Shown here: positions 53,971 to 64,000 of the stretch, piece after piece
Numbering within the stretch: position 1 is the stretch's first letter
How the letters are laid out: each line of letters begins with the position of its first letter
Source: the human T2T-CHM13v2.0 reference genome, Homo sapiens
Reading direction: 5' to 3' (one strand)
DNA: 64,000 nt
Assembly: GCF_009914755.1 (NCBI RefSeq)
Contig: NC_060947.1
The notes under the pieces: model-generated
Seen by the model: only the letters and a program-made list of their open reading frames with translations
What the model was told of the DNA's origin: nothing
Database searches by the model: none
Made by a program: the position numbers and the translations under genes

Positions 53971-55279
53971 CATCTACTTTGTTCCTTTTCTTACTGTTTC
54001 TGATCAGAAAAGTTGTGCTTCTTCACTACTGGAAAGGAATAGACAAAGGAGCAGAGAGAGGCTGGCAGTGTTACCAACATGTGTTTAGTTCTCAGGGAAT
54101 GAAGTGGAAACATACATACACACAAAAATACATATTAAGTAGAAGTCCTTTATGGATACATGAGGCATATGAAATAATTCGCGTCCCTTACCCCTTGCCA
54201 CAAATAACACATAATCCCACTTCTCTTCTAAGGCAGGTGGGTCCTATTAACTGGAGAACCCTTTATGTTGATGAGCTGGAGAGCTAAGTGGGGCTCAACT
54301 GCATATCACAATGGAAGAGAAAAGAAGTGAGGGGAAGGATGAAGAGAATGGAGCCTATAACGGTGAGCATTGTATGAAGGACAGAGAGAAAATCGTTGTA
54401 TCAGGAAGGCCAAGAAGGGACTTGGGAGAATATAAATGTCAATTGAAATTTTTAAGTTGATTGCTTTGAGGAAAATGATGTGAACTCTTTCTTGGCCTCT
54501 ACTGTGAAATGTTAAGAAAGTCTACATTGTCCTGAAATGCTTTTGTGAAAGTGGATTTTTCACAGGATGCCCAGGAAGGTATTGACATTTATGTCTGAAT
54601 GAATATGCCATGCAGCAAAGCCAAGTGGCTGAGATAGTAATCTACCTTGGGTCTGCATGGTGCCAAAGCCCATGAGCTCAACTGTTAGGCTTAGACTGCT
54701 GTTGGTTGGCACAAAGTTAATGGAACAGCCTAAGAACTTTGCCCTGGACATGCCAGCATTGTGGAGTTCCTCATTTATGGGGTTGTGTTCCAAAACTAGG
54801 GTGTGTCCTCAGAGAGTGTGTACACACTCTTGTTTTCCATAGTTACTCCCACAGGCCAGCCTTTGGCTGCCTCTAGCAATAAATATGGCAAGAGAGCACA
54901 GATAGTACACTGAATCGCCAAGGCCAAATAAGAGTGGGGTGAGGTTTGGTCCACTTTCAGTCCCAAGCCCCATGATTCCCAAATATTAAAAAAGATATTA
55001 GTAAACAAAATATAAAACAATTTGAAAAAGCTATATTCATGACAATTCTAATATGTTCTATCTTGGGATTATACCAACTATGGTTAAGGGAAACTATTTC
55101 ACAAAATGGATTAACTGTTAAAAATATGTGTTAATGCCTATCCAATATCATGGAGAGGAAGGTTGGTTGGATTTACAGGAGCAGTTCTATTTATTCAGAA
55201 AAAAAATCCTGTAATAGAAAATTTACTCAGTAAGCTGTGCTACCTTATGAATATCATTTGGGAGAAAACAAGTCTAACA

Positions 55280-56087
55280 GATGCTGTTGGTGCCCTCCCT
55301 CCATAGCCCCTTGGCATTTACCATGTTCATACATGCTGTCCAACTTCCAGCTGCCAGCACCTACAACCCTCAGCCTGAAGCCTTTCTTTGGACACTGGAG
55401 ATCTTTCTGATCCTCCCCACAAGCAACCCCCAACCAATTATGGATCGAGTTACTGGATAAATATCCCAGCTCCCTTGTGCCATGACTGGTATAAATCAGA
55501 GGCACGTTCTCCCAGGGAGATTATGTTCTCCTTGACTTTGGTGATCTTGCTTAATAATGCAAATTTTATTGGCTTCTTTCCATTCCTTGTTTTTATTTCT
55601 CTATTTCCTTAATGATAGTTGCTGGGATTATCTGCCAAATAAATTACTTACATTTAAACCATTGCCTCAGAGTCTTCATTTTGCATTACCATACAGGACT
55701 ACCCGAGACTGGGTAATTTATAAAGCAAAGAGGTTTACTTGGCTCATCACTCTGCAGAGTGTACAAACATGGGGCCAGCATATTCATGGTTTCAGTTGAG
55801 GCCTCCGGAAGCTTCTACTTTTTGGCAGATTGCAAAGGGGGAGGAGGCATGTCACATGGTGAGAAAAGGAACAAGAGAGAGAGGAGAAGGTAAGAGGCTC
55901 CTTTAAACAACCACCTCTCCCATGAACTAATAGAGCAAGAACTCACTCATTACCATGGGGAGGACCCCAAGCCATTCATGAGGGATCCACCTCCATGACC
56001 CAAACACTTCCACCAGGCCCCACCTCTAACATTGCATATCACATTTCAACATGAGATTTGGAGGGGACAAATACCCAAACCATATCA
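55280..56087. mobile_element. LTR16-like LTR (+) abutting MST-type LTR (-, about 55680-56087)
   Basis: ccaaataaattacttaca..aaacc LTR16-like end; gagactgggtaatttataaag...atgagatttggaggggacaaatacccaaaccatatca MST start on the minus strand. Confidence 0.7.
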
Positions 56088-56291
56088 GGGTCACTTCTGT
56101 AAGAACACAAACCAAAACATTTCATTTGCCTCACCTGTTGCTTACTAAACAAACTTCTGATTTGAAGTTGAGCTTCTCTAGTGGCCAATTTCTGATGAAA
56201 GATGCAGTAATAATGTGTCCCGCTTATATGAGTCCTATTGGTGGCTGATTAATGACTTGGAAATATTGTTGGTGTGAGTCAGTCTTCTAGA

Positions 56292-56497
56292 ACAGGGAAT
56301 GGCAAACTATAGCCTGTAGGCTAAATCTGGCCGGCCTTTAAATTTTGTAAATAAAGTTTTATTGGAACACAGCCACATCTACATATAGTCTGTGGCTACT
56401 TTCACACCACAGCACCAGAGTTAAATAGTTGTGACAAAGACAATATGGCCTGTAGATTGTAAAATATTATACTTTATAGAAAAAGTCTGCTGATCAC
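56292..56497. mobile_element. MER58A hAT DNA transposon
   Basis: cagggaatggcaaactatagcctg...ttttgtaaataaagttttattggaacacagccac...tttatagaaaaagtctgctga. Confidence 0.8.
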
Positions 56498-57990
56498 TCA
56501 CGGAGAAGCTGTTCACCTTTGGGTTCACTGAGAAAGTCAAACCTGTAGATTTATAAATATGAGGGTCAGAACTTGGACCAATGGCATCTCACCAAGTGGC
56601 AGCCCAGTGAGACTCTCAACTTAAAATATAGACTGGTCACCACCTACTCAATTCCTTCCAGTGTTTGATTATGGCATGGTCAGAATTCTAGGAATTCTTG
56701 TCCATGTCTTGGGAATTCTAGGGTAGAGAACAGAAGGAGGGCATTGGCTAGACGGGAATATTAAGAAAGTGTCTTTTAAATTGAGGTTCATCAACACACT
56801 TTAAGCAAACTTCTCTCCAGAAAACTTCTTTTTTTTATTGACCTAGTTCTTGCTAATCATCCCCTCATGCTGTACCCTCTTGGTCCTTACAGGCTTAGCA
56901 TCAATTATTAATTAATTTGAAATTGATCGATGAGGTCCTCTGTAGATTATTCTAAGCTATGCCACAATTCTAGCTAGCTCAAGCTTCTTCAGCATAGAGA
57001 CTATTTATATTGTCAACATCCTAGCCCCCAACAATTGATAGCATAGTATTTTGTATACAGCAAATGTTCAGTAAATTATTAGACTGTCCAACATCCACCA
57101 CACACAGACTTCTATAGATGAGACAAAATGATAATCAAACTGGAATCATTTGTCAAATATGAAATAATTTTACATAATGTCTCTAGAGTGATAAGGAATG
57201 TAGGCTTCAAAAATGCTAAAGAAATGTATGAAATCCCTAGCCTTGGCCATGCAGTGTTATTTTTGACATTGAAGTGGAAGAAATTGCTAAGTCACAAATT
57301 TCAAAAGCGACCCCTTCCTGAGTAAGTAATAACAAAGCTAACAAAGAAAGAAAGAATATATGTGACCCATTTGGGAAATTAACCAGATTGCATGAACTTT
57401 ATGTCTTGTAAAAAATCCTTCTGAGTAAAGACTAATTACTAAAAATATATTTTTGTTCAGTTATCCACAATCTAGTTGGTGGATAAAACAGGTAGGCCAA
57501 TAATAATATTCCAAGGAACATTTAGACATTGGAAAGAATAACCTTGCACTATAATAACTAGTTCCACTACCTCACTTCTACTCATTCTTTAATCCACTGT
57601 GATCTGACTTTTATTTTCAATTAAGTTCAACTTATCATTTTTAATTTCCTGTTTATATATATACTAGGGCTTAATGAGAGAAAAAATTCCTGCATTTCCT
57701 GCACTCCAGTGTTCTACAGCCTATTAAAAGATCCAGGCATATGAAGAAACAATTGCCATACAGAGTGGCAAGTGCCATTAACAAGAAATGTAGTATAAAT
57801 GGAGGTAAGACAAAGGAGAAGGTGATCAGCTGTGTTTGAGGGTGGCTCTTAGGTTGGCTGGTCAAGTCAAGTCACTGCCTTGACATTTGGGGGCATTTAT
57901 TCTACTTTATATTTATTCTACTTTATATTCAATATCACAAATTTGACCTTCAGCTTTGACCTTATGTTTTTCAGTCCTTCTTTTGAGCTG

Positions 57991-58165
57991 TTTTTTTAAC
58001 CAGCTTTAATGGAAGAAATGGTACAATTGAAGGGCAATATGCAGGAAGTCACCCCGTATCTGTGGGGAAGGCAGCCTAAGGCTCAGCCTATTATCCGTGT
58101 CACTCAGGGTGAGCTTGCCAAAGAGGTACTCTGCCATACTGTCCCCCAGAGCCCCCAGCTTGCTG
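57991..58165 (-). pseudogene. Degenerate ferritin heavy-chain 3' remnant (last about 27 codons, 3'UTR, polyA signal)
   Basis: Minus strand reads SKLGALGDSMAEYLFGKLTLSDTDNR (FTH1: [27 protein letters not shown]). UTR ttccccacag..ggggtgacttcc...ttgtaccatttcttcc; ATTAAA at 58010-58005, then a short A run. Confidence 0.8.
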
Positions 58166-58359
58166 CCCAGAAGCAAGAATACTTAGCACTTGCATGTTTT
58201 AAAAAGATAACTTTTCATGTCAAGTTAAAGACTGTATTATTTTTATCCCTGCCCAATCTCATTCCCTTCCTTCCCTTCTTCTCCAGAGGCAAACGCTAGG
58301 ATGAATTCCATACCATGTTTTACACCGTACCATGCATACGGACCCACAGATACCATGGC

Positions 58360-58445
58360 CCAACACAGCACACCCCACCCGAACCCACCCACCCCACACA
58401 TCTCACCCCACCGTACCCCACCTCACCCCACCCCATCCCACACGC
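58360..58445. repeat. Degenerate (CCCCA)n low-complexity tract
   Basis: Many CCC/CCCC runs separated by A/AC. Confidence 0.8.
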
Positions 58446-58650
58446 CCTCAGAGTTTATAAGGGGAAGACTAATGTATTTTCCAGGGGCCCATAAAATACC
58501 TTTCCCCTCCACCCCCGCAGATCCTGAGCTGCATGCAGATGGGGCAGAGCTGAATGGAAAGACTGCTGAATACCTACTTTAAATCTGCATGGGGATGTGC
58601 CCTGATTCCTAAAAGGTGAGAGTGCTGCAGACACACATCGGCTGGACACC

Positions 58651-58680
58651 TTTATTGCTTTGAGAACAGATAACTTTATT
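58651..58680 (-). terminator. Two AATAAA polyadenylation signals of the ferritin retrogene
   Basis: tttatt at 58651-58656 and 58675-58680, about 120-150 nt past the stop codon. Confidence 0.75.
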
Positions 58681-58739
58681 GTTAACAATGGTCAAACTGA
58701 GAGGAGAAAAATGAAGAGAATGTTCTGAAAAGGCAACAT

Positions 58740-59720
<981 letters not shown>

Positions 59721-60559
59721 TGCAGTAACTTTTCTAGTGTGCAAGGACTTTTGCCTGTCCCCTGATTGTTCCCCTCTATGACAGCTTGTTCTCATTTTAT
59801 AAACCTCTTGTCTTTCTTAAACTCTGAGAGTATGTTCTGGTAACGTTTTCTTCTGTTTCCTGTATTATATCCTTTTTTTCCCTCCTCTAGAATTAGTTCT
59901 ATTTGTGCATCTTCCTCACTTTCCTTAAATATCTGGAAAACGTTTGTCTATTCATGATTGGAATCAAGGACTGGGTTAGCCTCAGTGATAAGCATGGATC
60001 GAATGCACAGCTGTGAGTCTGGGTGACCAGTAGGATTCTCCCATGAACAGGAGGGTGGAGTGTGTTAATTAGGGAGTGCTCATCTCCTTTGGAGATAAAG
60101 GTATAGAGCTCCCAGGCAGAGTAGGAACTATTCTAAATGCCCAAAGCATGGCATTTCTCTGGCACTGGAAAACTTTAGTGGATCTGTCTTCTAGGTAGAT
60201 GTCAACTTCCCTTTAAATGCTCACCCATGTCTGCTGCACCCTGAAGCTTAATTCTTTCTGCAGGAGAGATGACTCCACATGATAAGGAATGTGATTTCAG
60301 ATATGTTTTCAGGATCAAAGCTTAAACACCAGAGTAAAGACTCTGTTTTTAAAATTTATCTCGAAAAGCCCTCTATGTTCACAGTTTTAGGTACTCAATA
60401 ACTAATCCCTGTGTCTTCCCTGCTGAATTTGAAACCAATTAGTAGACACAGGACTCAGCTCACTGAAGAGCAAGCTTACGTCTGTAGCAAAATGAACTTG
60501 CTAGTACTTTTCAAATCTTCCAATTAGAGAAACTCACTGTGGCAGAATGACTTCATCAA

Positions 60560-60935
60560 AACTTATTTGTTTTCATCTTGATCCACAGGTAACCATACGT
60601 TTTGAGCTACCCTTGTGATTTGATGGGGTCTTGTACTGATTTCTGGCTATTGGAATATGAAAATAACTGGTGTATGGCCAAATAAGGCCTAGTTTATAGG
60701 ACACACCCTGTGCAATCCATGTCTCAAGTGAAGAAGAGGAACAGACCCTACAATATGACATATCCACTTTGGAGAAGGAGCCTGGAACTTTGGATAACAT
60801 ATGGACAATGTCCCCTCATCACTGTCACCACCAACCTGCACTGGACCTTGATAAAAACAGAAAAATAAAAATTTACTTTAAAAGCTAAAAAGATTTGGAA
60901 CATTTGTTACAGGAGATAGCCTCTCCTGACTAATC
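60560..60935 (+). mobile_element. Old MLT1-type LTR fragment
   Basis: ggagcctggaactttgga..aaataaaatttact..agatttggaacatttgttacagg..tagcct..cctgactaat MaLR end. Confidence 0.55.
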
Positions 60936-61204
60936 AAATTAGCTAGTCAAAGAAGGTACTGGATAACCACAGGCTGTTATCCAGTCCTGTAGGGTCCTAT
61001 AGACTTATGGCAATGGAGTGCATTCCAGAACACACCCTGTCAGTGGGAAGGCAGATGAGGAAAAGGAGAGGTTTAGATAGCTCTGGGTCATCACACTTTC
61101 TTCCTTTTGCTTACTACACTATACACACACACACACACACACACGCATATCTCAATCACTCTCCTTTTTTTCCTTCTGGAGAGTGAAATGTAAAATCCCT
61201 CATT

Positions 61205-61555
<351 letters not shown>

Positions 61556-63580
61556 TCAAGGAAAAATGTTTTCCTTCTGCCTCGATGTCCTGGAATAAAA
61601 TCAGGCTGGTCCTTGGGTACCTAAACTTAAGCCAGGAACACAAAGCACAGGGGCAGAGATCACGACTGTCTGACCTCAGAACCAGTCAGCTGTAGTGAGG
61701 AAGGTGGGACATGTAATGATATAAAGCTCTCCTGGAACCGCATACCTGCAATCTGTGTTTGGGTGGAGCACTTCCCCAGACAAGGGGAGTGATAGTTCCA
61801 GGACTGGTGGTGGAAGGCTAACCAGGTGGTACCACAGATAGTACCATTCAGTCTTCCCTACTAAGCCATGAAATCTGCAGAGTTAGGAGGTTCCCACATC
61901 TGTCTTTGCTTCCCACACTACACCATGCCAGCGCTTAGCACATTCTTCTCCTTTGGAAAGGAGTATAGTGAGGAAGAAGCAACAAAAGTGGGCTAGGAAA
62001 GCAAAAGAACAAATTGTTGAAGGTATCTGTGGGAGTGAAAGTGGCGCCAACTCCCAACTACTAATGTGAAATGCCTTTGGGCAGCATGCTGCCTCAATGC
62101 TCTGTGTGAGGCCCAGGGTTCAGGGGCATGGCCACAATGAGCACTGGTTAATAAAGGTGTCTAGGAAGCCAGTCTAAGCTCTTTCACCAGAGAAGTAGAT
62201 GATTTAATGAGTCCGTACCAGACTAGATGATTTCCAAAATCCTTGGGAATCCTCACTATTTTGTGCGGTAGGAATTGTTTTTGTTATTGTACCCATGAGA
62301 AATCTGTTATCCTAAATATAAAGCCCTTGCCCAAGACGATACAGAATTCAAGAATTCACTGTCAGGGCTGATGCTCAACTAGAACTCTGGGACCACAGTC
62401 AAGTTTTCAATGAAATGCTGTATAATTAGGTTGCTGGGTCATATAATTTCTCATGGCCTCTCTCTGCTTTAGTGAGAACAAAGACATGTAGAGAGAACCA
62501 GTAAGTAGCTGCTGTGATTCCACAGCAACATAAACTACCGCCCTCTCTTGCCAAGTGTTCCTGGGACAGCCCTTTCTTCTGGCAAGGTCAAGTTTCTCCT
62601 ATGCAACTTCACAGAACAAATACCCCTTGTTCAATTTCTACTGGGAAATGAGTTTAAGTAAATTGTTTTTAAAAATGTGAGGCTATAGTATGAGATAGAA
62701 CACAGCTTTTCCTCAGGAGGCTGCCAAGCCTCTCTTCATGGATGGGATGAGGAGTTTAGGCTTTTTATCTCTCCCCTGATGTGCTGATCCCTACTTTAGG
62801 ATTGTGATTAATTTAAATACTGTGTGTCTACATTTTAGGTGACATTTCTTTATAAAGTGTTGGTCCCCCACCCTTGTGCAATGGGGATAATCTGCATTGA
62901 ACTATAAGAGTACAGCTGATGCTTGGATTGCCTTTCCTGGTAGGATTAAAATACATTTTATTTAGCACCCTACTCCTTCTCCAAAACTCTTGTTCCTTGG
63001 TCAATTTTCTGAATAACTGGTGCTATCTGTGTCTGATTATTTCTAACTTGACTGTAATTATGTGACTTCTCATGAAGATGTTCTTCCTTCCTCCATCTCT
63101 TAACAATTTGCTGCACAGAAATCCCAAAAAATTATTTACTGGTTATAGACACCTCTTTGGCTTATGTAGACCAGCAATTCTCAAACGCAATCCATAAGTC
63201 TCCCCACTGAATTTTTGAGTCTGTTGGTGCAGGGTGGGGGTGATATGAAAGACAATTTTCAGGGTCCACATTCTTCATTTAATGTTCAGCAAGAGAATCA
63301 GCTTCATTTCATCCAGAAACTAGCACACAGAGCAATGGGAATCATCACTGATCCTAAATGCTCTCCTGATAGTTATTTTATGATTGAGTCCATGTGCTTC
63401 AAAACTCAAATGCTTTCATTGCATGTTTTATTCTAGAAGGATTTCAAATGGATGACTCTGTCACTCATGGTAGGTGACAGTGACCCTTTCATGGAGAGTT
63501 CTAGTCTAGCAGTGGCCCTAGTGCCTCTTTACTGCTTCTCAAATCACCCATTTTATCCAATGAAGAGTGTGGAAGAGGAG

Positions 63581-64000
63581 TGATATGGTTTGGTTCTGTG
63601 TCCCCACCGAAATCTAATCTCAAATTGTACTCCCCACATGTTGAGGGAGAGACACGGTGGGAGTGATTGGATCATGGGAGCAGTTTCCCCCATTCTGTTC
63701 TCGTGATAATGAGGGAGTTCTCACAAGATCTGATGGTTGTAAAAGTGACAGTTTCACTTGCACTTTCTCTCTCTCCTGCTCATGTAAGATGTGCCCTGTT
63801 TCCCCTTTGCCTTCTGCCATGATTTTGTTTCCTGAGGCGTCCCCAGCCATGCAGAACTGTGAGTCAATTAAACCTCTTTTGTTTATAAATTACTCATTCT
63901 CAGGTAGTATCTTTATAGCAGTGTGAGAATGGACTAATATAGATTACTGGTACTGTCAGAGTGGGGTACTGCTATAAAGATATCCTGAAAATGTGGAAGC
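63581..64000 (+). mobile_element. THE1D/MSTA-type 5' LTR (63581-63941) plus start of internal region
   Basis: tgatatggtttgg..ctgtgtccccacc...ctttatagcagtgtgagaatggactaatata, followed by ctggtact..gagtggggtactgctataaagat..ctgaaaatgtggaagc (MaLR internal start); runs off the window. Confidence 0.85.

Overview
Primate genomic DNA, almost certainly human Xp21.1 (identified from memory of the proteins, no search run). It holds three gene-like units in a background of LINE, LTR, SINE and DNA-transposon repeats. (1) A disabled, unprocessed copy of LANCL3 exon 1 on the minus strand (1303-1873) with its CpG island, splice donor and probable intron-1 start, plus a 136-bp inverted second copy of the start-codon region at 138-273. 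(2) The intronless FAM47C gene (24191-27298, 1035 aa) with a coding array of about 53 36-bp units. (3) A ferritin-heavy-like retrogene (FTH1P18/FTHL18, 58803-59468, minus) with an open 221-aa frame, a basic N-terminal extension and an E62K ferroxidase-site change; an older ferritin 3' remnant lies about 640 bp beyond its stop codon. The best candidates for something undescribed are the LANCL3 pseudo-exon/inverted-arm pair (possible dsRNA source against LANCL3, or a template-switch scar at a duplication boundary) and the extended, probably ferroxidase-dead ferritin. Repeat subfamily names and most repeat boundaries were assigned by eye and are approximate.
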